Below, piece after piece: positions 48,598-59,729 of a stretch of DNA of 64,000 nt. The notes under the pieces are model-generated. The model was not told the origin of the DNA. It saw only the letters and a program-made list of their open reading frames with translations, and did no database searches. Source of the DNA: Candidatus Poribacteria bacterium (GTDB lineage: Bacteria; Poribacteria; WGA-4E; WGA-3G); the NCBI GenBank assembly GCA_965215265.1, contig OZ244048.1, positions 1,183,121 to 1,247,120 on the forward strand. The letters run 5' to 3'. Each line of letters starts with the position of its first letter. The first letter of the stretch is position 1. A program made the translations under genes and the position numbers.

Positions 48598-49524
48598 ATG
48601 ATTGAAGTTAGAGAACTTACAAAATCCTACGGCCCGACGGTCGCGGTTAACCGTGTCTCTTTCGAGGCGAATGCGGGGGAGGTCCTTGGGTTCCTCGGTC
48701 CGAACGGTGCTGGGAAGACGACAACGATGCGCCTCCTCACCTGCTATCTGTCAGCAGATTCAGGAAGTGCAACGGTTTCTGGTTACGATGTGTTTGAGGA
48801 ATCGGTTGAGGTTCGAAAGCGAATCGGCTACCTACCTGAAAGTGCTCCACTCTATACAGATATGGGTGTAATTGAATATCTGGATTTTATGACGCAGGTC
48901 CGTAATCTTCCGAAGAACGTCCGGAAAGTGCGTATTCGGGAAGTGGTTGAAATCTGTGGATTGGAGGACGTTATCCAAAAGGACATTGGGGAGCTCTCCA
49001 AGGGCTATCGGCAGCGTGTGGGATTAGCACAAAGTCTCATCCATGATCCGCCCATTCTGATTTTAGATGAACCCACCTCAGGGCTTGATCCGAGCCAAAT
49101 TATTGAAATTCGCAATCTGATAAAGAATATTGGACAAGAGAAGCTGGTTCTCTTCAGCACACACATTTTGCCAGAGGTGTCTGCGACATGTAGCCGCATT
49201 CTGATCATCAACGATGGCACGATTGTTGCGAACGGGACACCGGCTGAGTTAGCCAGTCAAGCGGAGGGCGAAGAGATAGTATATCTTCGCATCCGTGGTT
49301 CTAAAGCGGCGATCGACACGAAATTAGACGAATTGGATTTTGTTTCACAGTGGGAGCATCTCGAAACCGAGGACGGGGTAGTCAGTTATCAAGTGACTGC
49401 ACCACAGGGCTGTCAAGCCTCTGAGACCTTATTTCACGTTGTTGTAGATAACCAATGGAGTTTGACGGAGCTCCGTCAAGAGTCGGTTGATTTAGAGGAT
49501 GTATTCCTGAATTTGACAAAGTGA
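48598..49524 (+). CDS. ABC transporter ATP-binding protein (GldA-like, ABC-2 type)
   Basis: Walker A GPNGAGKTT, signature LSKGYRQR, Walker B ILILDEP. Confidence 0.85.
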   Translation: MIEVRELTKSYGPTVAVNRVSFEANAGEVLGFLGPNGAGKTTTMRLLTCYLSADSGSATVSGYDVFEESVEVRKRIGYLPESAPLYTDMGVIEYLDFMTQVRNLPKNVRKVRIREVVEICGLEDVIQKDIGELSKGYRQRVGLAQSLIHDPPILILDEPTSGLDPSQIIEIRNLIKNIGQEKLVLFSTHILPEVSATCSRILIINDGTIVANGTPAELASQAEGEEIVYLRIRGSKAAIDTKLDELDFVSQWEHLETEDGVVSYQVTAPQGCQASETLFHVVVDNQWSLTELRQESVDLEDVFLNLTK

Positions 49525-49598
49525 GGGAGTAGTGTGCTAGATTAGCATTGCGATGCGAAAATTGCGCGATGCTTAGAACAGACAACAAAAAACAGATC

Positions 49599-50315
49599 AT
49601 GACCAATATTATAGCGATCTTTAAGAAGGAATTTAGAAGTTATTTCAATTCGCCCATTGCGTATATTTTTATTACCTTTTTCTTGGGCATTTCTTCATGG
49701 CTCTTTTTTCGTGGTTTTTTCCTGATTAACCAGGCGGAAATGCGTGGGTTTTTCGGGTTAATGCCGTGGCTTTTCTTATTTTTCATTCCTGCTGTTACAA
49801 TGAAACTCTGGGCAGAAGAAAATAAACTTGGTACAGTCGAGATCTTGATGACGTTACCCATTCGGGATTACGAGGTGGTTCTCGGCAAATACTTAGCGAG
49901 TTTTGGGCTGCTTTTGGTGACGACGTTGCTCTCGCTGGGACTTCCTCTATCAGTGATTCATCTGGGGGATCCAGATGGGGGGACGCTAATAAGCGGTTAC
50001 ATCGGGCTTTTATTGATGGGCGGTGCGTACCTCGCGATAGGGTTGTTCACGTCAACGTTGACAGAGAATCAGATTGTCGCCTTTATCTTCGGGATTACTA
50101 CCTGTTTTGTACTATTGATTATCGGGGAGGACATTGTGCTTTTCAATGCACCGAATTGGCTTTTCCCGATTTTTAGTTATCTCGGTTTAGGGGCACATTA
50201 CAGTAGCATTCTGCGGGGTGTACTGGACTCCCGCGATATTATCTATTATCTATCGGTTATCGGATTCTTTCTCTATATGAGTTCGGTGTCCGTTGAGAGT
50301 CGAAAATGGAGGTAA
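49599..50315 (+). CDS. ABC-2 family permease (GldF-like)
   Basis: Six predicted TM helices. Start at MTNIIAIFKKEF (ORF open from 49548). Confidence 0.65.
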   Translation: MTNIIAIFKKEFRSYFNSPIAYIFITFFLGISSWLFFRGFFLINQAEMRGFFGLMPWLFLFFIPAVTMKLWAEENKLGTVEILMTLPIRDYEVVLGKYLASFGLLLVTTLLSLGLPLSVIHLGDPDGGTLISGYIGLLLMGGAYLAIGLFTSTLTENQIVAFIFGITTCFVLLIIGEDIVLFNAPNWLFPIFSYLGLGAHYSSILRGVLDSRDIIYYLSVIGFFLYMSSVSVESRKWR

Positions 50316-51978
50316 AGTTTTGACATCGGAAGGACTCAAATCGGCTTCATCGAAACACCTCAAATACGGTGGCAACGCGGCCGTATTTGTTTTGCTTTTG
50401 TTTGGCATCCTTGTGCTGTTAAATTTCTTGTCCACGCGCCGCTTCATTCGCGCAGATCTGACTGAGGACAAACGGTATACTATCTCGGATGCTACTAAAA
50501 ATGTGCTTGGCACTTTAGACGATATTGTAACGATTACTGCCTATTTTTCAACGGAACCCGCAGAAGTTGCACAAATCCGCCTGAGTGTAAGGGATGTACT
50601 CGACGAATATAATGCATTCTCTCAGAAACTTCAGATTGATTTTGTGAATCCTGCAAGATTGGATGAAGGACAGAAACAGGAGCTCCGGTTCAAGGGGGTG
50701 CCAGAAGTCCAAATCAATGTCTTTAAGGAAGATAAAGCAGAAATCGCGAATGTTTACTTGGGCATCAGCATCGGTTACAGCGGCAAGGAGGAAATCTTGC
50801 CTATTATACAATCTACCGACAACTTGGAGTATGAGTTAACCTCAACCATTCTGAAGGTTACGACGAAAGAGGCGAAAACGGTCGGATTCTTGACGGGGCA
50901 TGACGAGTTAGATATCCAAGCACAAACGTCTCAGGGATTGCGCGAACGGTTAGATAAAAACGCGAAAGGGCAATATAACCTGACTACCGTGGATCTTCAA
51001 GGAGGTCAACCGGTGTCTGACACCGTCACGACCTTAGTCGTCGCAGGCCCAAAACGGGCGTTGGCGGAACGTGAAAAATATGAACTCGATCAGTTTATTA
51101 TGCACGGCGGGAGAGCAATCTTCTTAGTAGATCCGCTGCAGCTTCCTGCCGGAGGTTTACAAGGGACTCCGCTTAGCACTGGCTTGAACGATCTGCTTAC
51201 GCATTACGGTGTTAAATTGGGAAATAATGTGTTAGTCGACCGGCGGTTCCACGATAACGCGCGGTTCCAGCAAGGATTCATGACTGTTTTTCAGCCGTAT
51301 CCGTTTTTTGTTAAAATTATTAAGCCGAATTTCTCTACAGAGAGCACCGTGACGAATCAGTTAGAGGGGTTAACGTTACCATGGACGAGTTCGCTGGAAG
51401 TAGTTGCAGTGGAAGGTGTCACTGGGACAGTTTTGGCAAAAACGAGTGAGTTTGGACAGAGCATCGAAGGGTTTTATAACCTCGCACCCAATTTTCCGAT
51501 ACCGCAGGCCGAATTACAAGCGTATCCGGTTGCGGTGGCTTTAGAAGGAAATTTTAAAAGTTTCTACGCAGATAAAGAAATTCCGCCGGTGGAAACTGGA
51601 ACGGATACCCCGGATGAGACTGCAGAAACGGAGATTGCACCTTCGCAAGACGCACTCGCAAGCAGCCGACTTACTGAAAGTGAACCGACGCAAATTGTTG
51701 TGGTTGGCACAGCGCAATCATTGGCACAGATGCGGCCCGATGGAACCGATTTTTTCTTAAATACGGTTGACTGGTTGACGCTCGGAGATGCTTTAATCGG
51801 CATCCGGTCGCGGGTGGTTACTGAACGTCCACTACGGGCAGCCACTGAGGTTGAGAAAAACTTAATAAAATACATTTGTATCGTTGGCATCCCACTGATT
51901 GTGGTTATCTTTGGGTTGCTCCGTTATTTCTTGAAAAGGAGGGCAAAACGGTTGGTTGAGACCTACGGTTCCTTGTAA
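50293..51978 (+). CDS. GldG-like ABC-transporter auxiliary protein
   Basis: N-terminal TM, large periplasmic domain, C-terminal TM. Family-typical context after GldA/GldF. The start is uncertain (TTG 50320 after GGAGG is plausible). Confidence 0.7.
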   Translation: MRVENGGKVLTSEGLKSASSKHLKYGGNAAVFVLLLFGILVLLNFLSTRRFIRADLTEDKRYTISDATKNVLGTLDDIVTITAYFSTEPAEVAQIRLSVRDVLDEYNAFSQKLQIDFVNPARLDEGQKQELRFKGVPEVQINVFKEDKAEIANVYLGISIGYSGKEEILPIIQSTDNLEYELTSTILKVTTKEAKTVGFLTGHDELDIQAQTSQGLRERLDKNAKGQYNLTTVDLQGGQPVSDTVTTLVVAGPKRALAEREKYELDQFIMHGGRAIFLVDPLQLPAGGLQGTPLSTGLNDLLTHYGVKLGNNVLVDRRFHDNARFQQGFMTVFQPYPFFVKIIKPNFSTESTVTNQLEGLTLPWTSSLEVVAVEGVTGTVLAKTSEFGQSIEGFYNLAPNFPIPQAELQAYPVAVALEGNFKSFYADKEIPPVETGTDTPDETAETEIAPSQDALASSRLTESEPTQIVVVGTAQSLAQMRPDGTDFFLNTVDWLTLGDALIGIRSRVVTERPLRAATEVEKNLIKYICIVGIPLIVVIFGLLRYFLKRRAKRLVETYGSL

Positions 51979-52076
51979 GTTTCGCTGCGTTCTGGCTTAG
52001 TTATACACGGGGCTGTATTTTTCTGTGTTTATCCAGGGCGCTATATTATTCTTGCCAACCGTATCCACTACGAAAA

Positions 52077-53054
52077 ATGAAAACGAGACAACTTCTGATT
52101 TTTGCAGGGGTTTTTGTTGTTTTGGCACTCGTTGTCCTGATTTTTGAGAACCCTTTCGGACAGACTGAGTATCAAAAGAAGATTCAGACAGCAGGGCCCC
52201 TCTTTCCAAAATTTAATAAAGCGCAGGTGGAAAAAGTAGAAATTCTTTCGGACAGTACCACAACAACGCTTAAAAAGGAAAATGACGCATGGCTTGTTGC
52301 TTCCATGGATAATTACCCGGCGGATGCCGAAGGCGTGGAAGAGTTATTGAACAAAGTGACTGAATTCAAGAATACGCAGCGCGTCTCTAACAACCCAGAC
52401 AAGCAAGCTGAGTTCGAGGTAGATAGCACCGGGGTAGAGGTGAAGTTGATGGACGCAAGCGATAAGATATTAGTGCATCTGTTCATTGGAAAAACCACAC
52501 CTGGGTTCCTGAGTAGTTATGTACGTGCTGCGGATTCCAATGATGTTTACGTTGCACAAGGTGCTTTACAAGCTGTGTTTGATAAAGGTTCGCGGACCTG
52601 GAAAGACCGCACGCTCTTTGACTTTAACAAAGGAATTGTAACGCAGGTTAACATCACGTCTCCGGAAGAGACGGTTGAGCTGCGGTTGGATGCTGATGCA
52701 AAATGGCAGATGCTGCAACCGATAGCGTCGGCTGTTAAACAGAGTGAGGTTGACAACCTTCTAACTACGTTCAGCCAATTAGATACAGATGATTTTGCTG
52801 AAGTGAAGGTGTCACTTGCTAACTACGGGTTAGAGTCGCCGGAGTCTTCAATATCTGCAGTTTTGAATGATGGTACCACAGCGACATTGCACATCGGCAA
52901 AGAAGAGGAGGGGAAACGTTACGTCAAACGTGAAGACAAAGCGACCGTCTTCCGGCTCTTCACATCCAATGTGAATCGTTTAATCAAGAAGTCTGAAACG
53001 CTGCGGGAGGAGATACCGGCTTCGGAAACAGAGGAAGCGATGCAGACTGAGTAG
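52077..53054 (+). CDS. DUF4340-domain protein
   Basis: N-terminal TM plus DUF4340-like repeats. This family canonically follows gldG-like genes. Confidence 0.5.
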   Translation: MKTRQLLIFAGVFVVLALVVLIFENPFGQTEYQKKIQTAGPLFPKFNKAQVEKVEILSDSTTTTLKKENDAWLVASMDNYPADAEGVEELLNKVTEFKNTQRVSNNPDKQAEFEVDSTGVEVKLMDASDKILVHLFIGKTTPGFLSSYVRAADSNDVYVAQGALQAVFDKGSRTWKDRTLFDFNKGIVTQVNITSPEETVELRLDADAKWQMLQPIASAVKQSEVDNLLTTFSQLDTDDFAEVKVSLANYGLESPESSISAVLNDGTTATLHIGKEEEGKRYVKREDKATVFRLFTSNVNRLIKKSETLREEIPASETEEAMQTE

Positions 53055-53171
53055 GGCCAGTGTGCCTTCTGTCGATCTCGTAATTAACGGTAGAAGGCAC
53101 TCCCTCACTTATCAGACTTTAAAAACACGTCAAATGGTGCCTTAGAACTGGTTGAAATAGTTCATCCGAAG

Positions 53172-53384
53172 TTGGTTCAAGACAGCATGTTCCTATTCAG
53201 ATTGGATATTGTGGGAGATAAGTTCATGGAAATTAAGGGATTCAGCCTCAGCGGGCTAGGCAGCGCGCAACGGTTTGAGAAGGTGAATTTCAATGCAGGT
53301 GTTATTGAATCGCTGGGACAGAAAGTACAATACATGAAGTACTACTGCCGAAATTTTGACAATGTGGAATTGGCAACGTTGTAG
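53172..53384 (+). CDS. Small hypothetical protein
   Basis: 70-aa ORF in an otherwise empty 400-bp gap. No similarity recognised. Confidence 0.15.
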   Translation: MVQDSMFLFRLDIVGDKFMEIKGFSLSGLGSAQRFEKVNFNAGVIESLGQKVQYMKYYCRNFDNVELATL

Positions 53385-53454
53385 TTTGTGTTCACATTTA
53401 GGATTATGAAATTTCAGTTTCAACAAAGACGTTTCGACTCTTGGAGAATTTACA

Positions 53455-55713
53455 ATGCTTTCAAATCCATTTGAACAAGACAACACTGCCACTTCTTCAG
53501 AACAAGGGCACGGCTTCGGTACTGCCCCAGTCTTCCTTGCTTCTGCTAGTACAATTCTCGGTGCGATTCTTTTCTTACGTTTCGGCTACGCTGTGGCGCA
53601 CGTTGGGCTGTGGGGGACGCTCGCGATAATTGTTTTAGGGCATTTGGTGACGATTCCAACCGTTTTGGCTGTATCAGAGATTGCGACGAACCGGCGTGTT
53701 GCAGGAGGTGGAGCGTACTATATTGTGAGCCGGTCGTTCGGCCCGAGCATTGGTGGTGCGATTGGGGTTGCCCTCTATATTTCGCAAGCGATTTCGGTTG
53801 CGTTCTATATAGTGGCATTCGCGGAGGCATTTGGACCTGTCTATGAGTGGATTAATACTACGTATGGCGTGAACGTTGGTTTGCGATGGGTAAGTCTACC
53901 TTGCACGATTTTGCTGCTTGTGCTGATGCTGACAAAAGGTGCTAATCTTGGCGTGTCGGTTCTGTGGGCTGTGAGTGCGATGCTCGCGGCATCGATTGCC
54001 GCATTCTTGTTGGGCGATGGCCCTACAGAGATAAAACCGGAAGGTCTGAACCTGACTTCAACTATCGAAGGTGCTGATAGTTTCGGCACGGTTTTTGCCA
54101 CCTGTTTTCCTGCATTCACGGGCATGATCGCCGGGCTGGGGCTATCAGGTGACTTGAAGAATCCGCGGAGGAGCATTCCGCTTGGGACAATCGCGGCAAC
54201 ATTAGTGGGAATGGCGATCTATGTCCTCGTTGCAATTAAGTTAGCTCAGCACGCAACACCGGAAGTACTGAATAAAAACCAGTTTGTGATGGCAAAAATC
54301 GCACTGTGGCCCTCTGTCATCTACATTGGGTTGGCTGCGGCCGCACTCTCTTCTGCAGTCGGTTCTATCTTGGTAGCACCTCGGACGCTGCAAGCACTTG
54401 CACGAGATGACGTGCTACCGATTCCGCAGCTGAACCGTCTAATGGAGAAAGGGATAAGAAACACGCAGGAGCCGGTGTATGCGACGTGCGTATCGGGTGT
54501 GATAGCCATTGTATTCGTGGTAGTCGGCAGTTTAGACTTTATTGCTCAAATTCTGAGTATGTTCTTCATGGTAACATACGGGGCCCTCTGCGTGGTGTCG
54601 TTTCTTGAGTATTTCGCGGGTAATCCTTCGTATCGTCCCACGTTCCGTTCTCGTTGGTATTTGTCGCTGTTGGGCACGGTGATGTGCAGCCTGATGATGA
54701 TACAGATTAATGTGTTGTCGGCATTCATCGCACTCTTTCTGATGGTGGCGATTTATTTATGGCTCCGCCGGGGCCACCGGGGTGAACGTGATTTGGCAGC
54801 GATTTTCCAAGGGACGATGTTCCAGTTAACGCGATGGCTGCAGATTATCCTCCAGAAGAGCCGGGTGATTTCATCGCAACGCGAGTGGCGCCCTTCAATC
54901 ATTGCAGTGACTCGTTTTGGTAGAAAACGTTTGGGGCATTTTGACCTGCTCCGCTGGATCTGTCATCGGCATGGTTTTGGACACTTTATCCAGTTTTTCC
55001 AAGGAGATTACTCGTTTCGCGGGGAGGTCAAGGCACGTACCCACGTTAATCGATTGATTGAACGGAGTGAGGTTAGCCGTGCAGGCATCTTTGTAGATTC
55101 GCTGATTTGTCCCACGTTCCAGATGGCACTTGTGCATGTTCTGCAAATGCCGGGGATTTCTGGTTTGCAGAACAACTGTATTCTGCTTGAGTTTGACCGG
55201 GAAATCCCAGATGAGATTCAGGAAGTCGTTACTGGCGCACGCCTCGCAGCGGATTCAGGATTTAATGTTCTTATTCTGCGATCAACGAAATACCGTTTTG
55301 GTTATCGTTCTTCGATCCATCTATGGGTGACAGAGGAGACACTTGCGAATGCACCGTTGATGTTGTTGCTTGCTTATATCATTGTAGGCCATCCGGAGTG
55401 GCGCAGAGGAGAACTCCGGCTATTTGCGTGTTTTGACTCGATTGATGGGGCACGTGAGACAGACAGACTGTCGGCATTGATGAAGGAAGGACGACTGCCG
55501 ATATCCATGCAAAACGTGACATCGCTATTGTGCAGTAGCATAGAGGCATTAGAGCAGGAAGTATCTCATCGATCAGCACAGGCTGATTTGGTTATCGCCG
55601 GATTAACTACGGACGACCTAAAATCCGATCAATTGGCAGAAGTCCTGCGGCATTATGATGGCGCAAATGACGTGCTGTTCGTTCATGCAACCGAGCAAAT
55701 TCTGATTGAGTAA
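53455..55713 (+). CDS. APC-superfamily transporter, SLC12 cation-chloride-cotransporter-like, with cytoplasmic C-terminal domain
   Basis: The N-terminal GTAPVFLASASTILGAILFLRFGYAV resembles the SLC12 signature. About 12 TM helices plus a ~300-aa soluble tail. Confidence 0.55.
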   Translation: MLSNPFEQDNTATSSEQGHGFGTAPVFLASASTILGAILFLRFGYAVAHVGLWGTLAIIVLGHLVTIPTVLAVSEIATNRRVAGGGAYYIVSRSFGPSIGGAIGVALYISQAISVAFYIVAFAEAFGPVYEWINTTYGVNVGLRWVSLPCTILLLVLMLTKGANLGVSVLWAVSAMLAASIAAFLLGDGPTEIKPEGLNLTSTIEGADSFGTVFATCFPAFTGMIAGLGLSGDLKNPRRSIPLGTIAATLVGMAIYVLVAIKLAQHATPEVLNKNQFVMAKIALWPSVIYIGLAAAALSSAVGSILVAPRTLQALARDDVLPIPQLNRLMEKGIRNTQEPVYATCVSGVIAIVFVVVGSLDFIAQILSMFFMVTYGALCVVSFLEYFAGNPSYRPTFRSRWYLSLLGTVMCSLMMIQINVLSAFIALFLMVAIYLWLRRGHRGERDLAAIFQGTMFQLTRWLQIILQKSRVISSQREWRPSIIAVTRFGRKRLGHFDLLRWICHRHGFGHFIQFFQGDYSFRGEVKARTHVNRLIERSEVSRAGIFVDSLICPTFQMALVHVLQMPGISGLQNNCILLEFDREIPDEIQEVVTGARLAADSGFNVLILRSTKYRFGYRSSIHLWVTEETLANAPLMLLLAYIIVGHPEWRRGELRLFACFDSIDGARETDRLSALMKEGRLPISMQNVTSLLCSSIEALEQEVSHRSAQADLVIAGLTTDDLKSDQLAEVLRHYDGANDVLFVHATEQILIE

Positions 55714-56153
55714 TAGACGTTTCAAAAGATTTGATTTTTAAAGACATTACCTAGAGCGGCTCCGACGAGATTTACACACGAGCCATCAAAAGCATAAGCG
55801 TTGATCGTACGGAGATATACGAAAAATTGTAAGATTTACGGGTTTTGTCGCGGCGCATGCTTACAAAGGTGCTAACGTTCAAAGTTTCTTTTTTATTTGC
55901 GTTATGTTTTTATGTTCACCACGGCTCTCGGCTCCATCTTCCTATTTTCAGAAACCAGTGGCAGGAGAGGTATTCCCAGTGGGTGGCGAGTAAAAGGTAG
56001 CAAAGCGAGTCCTCGAGGACTCGCGATACTACCTATCTCGCCACTTTATCTCTCCTTTCAGGAGAGACAAGATAACCTTTTATCTATAGATTTTGTAGTT
56101 TCATAAAGGATTGTTCACGCCAAATTATTCTCAGCAATACCAGATAAAACAGA

Positions 56154-57374
56154 ATGAATGAATGGTTTCAAAATCTCATCCGGATACTTACTGAAACCGA
56201 GGTGCTGCCGTCGGAAGCATTAAATGGAAACCCTCTGACGCTTCTAGAAGTTGGTGTTTTTGTGTTCACATTTGGGGTTTTTCTTACGGGTGCGGGCTTT
56301 TTGCGCCGATGGCTCGCACGTCTGTTTAACCGGCTCCGGATGCCCCAAAATACCCAAAACCGATTGCTTGCCGTTTCATTTCTAATCGTTATGGTGGTGG
56401 GGCTGGTTTTAGCGTTTAGTTTTGCGGGCATCAAAACGAATCTGCTGCAGCGGGTCCTTCACTATCCTCTGACGGAGCTTTTTCAACCGGCCCCGGTTCC
56501 TGAGCTAGATGATGAGACTGCCTCCGGTGAAATCCAATTACCAGATGCCAATGAAAAAAAATTGACATTAGCAGCCCTTTTTTATGCCTTTGTTATTGTT
56601 TTCGGTGTGTTTGTGCTCTCTAAATACGTGCAATTGGTGCTGCGGAGACAGGTTCTACAGGCGTTTCAAATTGCAGAACATACGCAATTTATCTTACTCC
56701 GTTTTTTTCACATCACTGCGATTATTATTGGCATCCTCATCAGTCTCAGCACTATCGGTGTGAGTTTGACGAACTTAGTGTTGATTTTTGGTGGTTTGAG
56801 CATAGGTATCGGTTTTGGATTGCAGAATATCGCCTCGAATCTGATTTCTGGGTTTATTCTGATTTTTGAACGGCCGATCAAGATTGGCGATTTGGTAGAA
56901 ATCATGGATGTGAATATATTCGGCAGAGTCAGTTCGATTAATCTGCGCTCTACCGTCATTGTCTCACTTGATGAGAAAGAAATTATTGTTCCGAATTCGC
57001 AACTCATTACTGAGGCGGTGCACAATCTAACACACTGTAACAGTTTCTATCGGATTCGCGTTTCGGTGGGCGTATCGTACAGTTCAGATATAGAGCTTGT
57101 GAAAAAAACACTGCTTGAGACGGCACATTCGCATCCAGTAGTGATTAAGGATGCCAAACCTGATCAGAAGCAGGTCACGGCACCTATCGTTCGGTTTGTG
57201 AATTTCGGGGAGTCGTCCTTAGATTTTGAATTATTGGCATGGATACCGGATTCTTTTCAGCGATTTGACATTGCTAGTGACTTGCATTTCAGGATCTGGC
57301 ACAACTTTCAAGAATATGGGATTAAGATACCGTTTCCACAGCGGGATGTCCATTTTTATCCAACAACCGATTGA
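56154..57374 (+). CDS. Mechanosensitive ion channel, MscS family
   Basis: TM helices plus the MscS core (FGGLSIGIGFGLQNIASNLISGFILIFERPIKIGDLVEI). Confidence 0.85.
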   Translation: MNEWFQNLIRILTETEVLPSEALNGNPLTLLEVGVFVFTFGVFLTGAGFLRRWLARLFNRLRMPQNTQNRLLAVSFLIVMVVGLVLAFSFAGIKTNLLQRVLHYPLTELFQPAPVPELDDETASGEIQLPDANEKKLTLAALFYAFVIVFGVFVLSKYVQLVLRRQVLQAFQIAEHTQFILLRFFHITAIIIGILISLSTIGVSLTNLVLIFGGLSIGIGFGLQNIASNLISGFILIFERPIKIGDLVEIMDVNIFGRVSSINLRSTVIVSLDEKEIIVPNSQLITEAVHNLTHCNSFYRIRVSVGVSYSSDIELVKKTLLETAHSHPVVIKDAKPDQKQVTAPIVRFVNFGESSLDFELLAWIPDSFQRFDIASDLHFRIWHNFQEYGIKIPFPQRDVHFYPTTD

Positions 57375-57388
57375 ATTGAGAATAGGTG

Positions 57389-58600
57389 CTAAACGTCTGT
57401 GTTTCGGTATGTGACGAGAATTGCGATGCAGATGAGCGTGCCGACAATGCCGATAGGGGAGAAGTTACCGACACCATCAACGAGCAAACCGAGCAGCGGC
57501 GCGAGGATAATTGTCGCAAGCGATTTGGATTGTGCTTCAATAGAGAGGATGGTTGCGCTCATCTCTGGTGTGGACTGTGCATTGAATCGGCTAATTAGGA
57601 CAGGGCGCCAGAAATTTTGGAGGATTGCCAATCCGATAAACAGGACTATCATGGCAGGGTGCAAGTTGCGTATCAATGCAGGAATTAAAAGAGCGAAGAG
57701 GGCGAGTGCTATCCACCACATCAATCTTGCTGCATTTTCATCGCCATCCTGCCAATCGGTAATTTTATGTGAGTTACGTGAGGCGAGTGAGGATAAGAAG
57801 TAGAGGATAAAGTAAACGCCTGCTACCAGCAGGGCGGTCCGCTTTGATTCGCCTAATGTTAACAGTAAAGGCAATGCGATGGCGGTTTGTTCAAGAATAG
57901 GCTGGAGATAATCCTTGCTGGCTTTGTACATCCCCTCAAATCCCATGCCCTCAAAAACCAGTCGGCGTAAGGGCGGAAATTGTACGGACTGTTTCAATGC
58001 CTTACTGAGCAGTGCTGCAACGGCTTTGAGAGAAAATTGGCTCTGCTTGTCACCATCTAATACAGCTGGATAGCCAAGGAAGTTGACGATGTTGACTGCG
58101 TATGGGATAATTGAAAACCAAAAGATGTCTGTGAAATTGCCACGGTAAAATACCAGTACACCTGCAATGAGGACTGAGAGGGCGGAACCCATCTGAGACC
58201 AGGAGCGCGTGTACCCGTAGATTTTCGTTTTTTCATCGGACCTTCCCTGCAACCTGAGCCAATCGAAGATCATCGCTTTATGGGTCCCGCTGCGAAACGC
58301 ATCACCTATGCCGAAGAAGAACATGCCGCCAAACAGGAGAAGAAGGGATTCACTGAGAGCGAATGTGGCAAAGGAGGCAATGTAAGCGAGAAACGAAAGT
58401 ATCATGGCGCGCCGGCGACCGTAGAGGTCGGCTACCGCGCCAGATGGAATTTCAAAGAGGTTGGTGCAGACCTCCCGGAAGCCGATGAGGATACCGATTT
58501 GGAAGAAGGAGAGCCCTTTTTCCAGAAACGCCAAATACAGAAACGAGTCGTAGTAGCGTTGATTCTTTAGAAATCCGTAGATGGAGAATCGAAATAGCAT
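57389..58600 (-). CDS. MFS transporter
   Basis: 12-TM MFS topology. Start moved to MLFRFSIYGF (58600) because the upstream part of the ORF runs through an intergenic repeat. Confidence 0.7.
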   Translation of the reverse strand: MLFRFSIYGFLKNQRYYDSFLYLAFLEKGLSFFQIGILIGFREVCTNLFEIPSGAVADLYGRRRAMILSFLAYIASFATFALSESLLLLFGGMFFFGIGDAFRSGTHKAMIFDWLRLQGRSDEKTKIYGYTRSWSQMGSALSVLIAGVLVFYRGNFTDIFWFSIIPYAVNIVNFLGYPAVLDGDKQSQFSLKAVAALLSKALKQSVQFPPLRRLVFEGMGFEGMYKASKDYLQPILEQTAIALPLLLTLGESKRTALLVAGVYFILYFLSSLASRNSHKITDWQDGDENAARLMWWIALALFALLIPALIRNLHPAMIVLFIGLAILQNFWRPVLISRFNAQSTPEMSATILSIEAQSKSLATIILAPLLGLLVDGVGNFSPIGIVGTLICIAILVTYRNTDV

Positions 58601-58724
58601 CGGTATTTGCCTATTTGGTATACCTTTCTGATGAAGTGGCAGGATAGGTATTCTTTGTCTCTCCTGAAAGGAGAGACAAGAGTACCTTTTACCTGCCACC
58701 CACTGGGAGGTAGGGGAACCTATC

Positions 58725-59729
58725 TTATCCTGCAATCAATTCTTGATGGTAGGCGAACAGTGCAGGGGTGCCACCTGTGTGTAGAAAAATGACGGTTTCG
58801 TCGAGACCGATTTTGCCTTGTTGGATATGCTCAATTAGGCCTGCCATCGCTTTTGAAGTGTAAACCGGATCAAGAAAGATACCTTCGGTGTTTGCAACGA
58901 GTTTAAGTGCTGTGATGGACTCTGGTGTAGGATAGCCGTAAGCTTTGCCGATGTAATCGTCTGTATTTTGGATATCGGCATCGCTGATGTAGGTGTCCAA
59001 TTCTAAGAGTTGGGAGGCTGTATTGGCAGCCTCGCGCATTCGTTGAATCTTGCCTTCCCAATGGATGGGTGCACAGCCAAAAGGTTTCAATTTCATTCCG
59101 AGTGCTTTAGTCCCGAGTACAAGGCCCGCTTGAGTGCCTCCAACGGATGCAGTATAAATCCAATCTGCCTCAATTCCCAATTGGTCCTGCTGTTGTTGAA
59201 TTTCAGTGGTACACCAAGTGAAGGCGACCGCTGCGAGTGCAGTGGAGCGGGGTGAAGCGATGACATAAGGGTGGAACCCGTCACCCCGGAGTTTTTCGGC
59301 GAGTTGGTGTTTTACATCGTCAAGTTCGGGGCCGAACGGGACATCAACAACTTCGACATCGGCACCGGCGATGTGATTCAATAAGAGGTTGCCTTGGGGA
59401 ATGCTCTTATCGTCGCGTGCGAGGCGGAGGTAGCATTTGAGCCCGAGTTTTCCGCATGCAGCTGCGGTTTGTCTGCAGTGATTGGATTGCGATGCAGCAC
59501 CGTGGACAATGGTATCAGCGTTTTGATGGACTGCTTCACCAATAGTGAAGGTGAGTTGTCGGACTTTATTTCCGCCAAATGCTAGTCCTGAGCAATCCTC
59601 TCGCTTGATGAAAATTCTGGGCCCGCCTAATGTTTCGGAAAGGCGTGGGCATTCTTCCAAGGGGGTAGGGAAATGCCCTATGTCTACTTGTGGGATCCGT
59701 TTAATAGCTTGTGTAAGTTGTTGCAGCAT
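58725..59729 (-). CDS. PLP-dependent ACC deaminase/D-cysteine desulfhydrase family enzyme
   Basis: HFPTPLEECPRLSETLGGPRIFIKREDCSGLAFGGNKVRQL matches the family N-terminus including the PLP lysine. Confidence 0.75.
   Translation of the reverse strand: MLQQLTQAIKRIPQVDIGHFPTPLEECPRLSETLGGPRIFIKREDCSGLAFGGNKVRQLTFTIGEAVHQNADTIVHGAASQSNHCRQTAAACGKLGLKCYLRLARDDKSIPQGNLLLNHIAGADVEVVDVPFGPELDDVKHQLAEKLRGDGFHPYVIASPRSTALAAVAFTWCTTEIQQQQDQLGIEADWIYTASVGGTQAGLVLGTKALGMKLKPFGCAPIHWEGKIQRMREAANTASQLLELDTYISDADIQNTDDYIGKAYGYPTPESITALKLVANTEGIFLDPVYTSKAMAGLIEHIQQGKIGLDETVIFLHTGGTPALFAYHQELIAG

Noticed and set aside
38146-48600. attR-type direct repeat of the ssrA 3' end, and an integrase, to delimit an island
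   Set aside because: I could not find a copy of ccgccacctcc, or of the T-arm segment, downstream. No integrase-like ORF is present. The island call therefore stays hypothetical.
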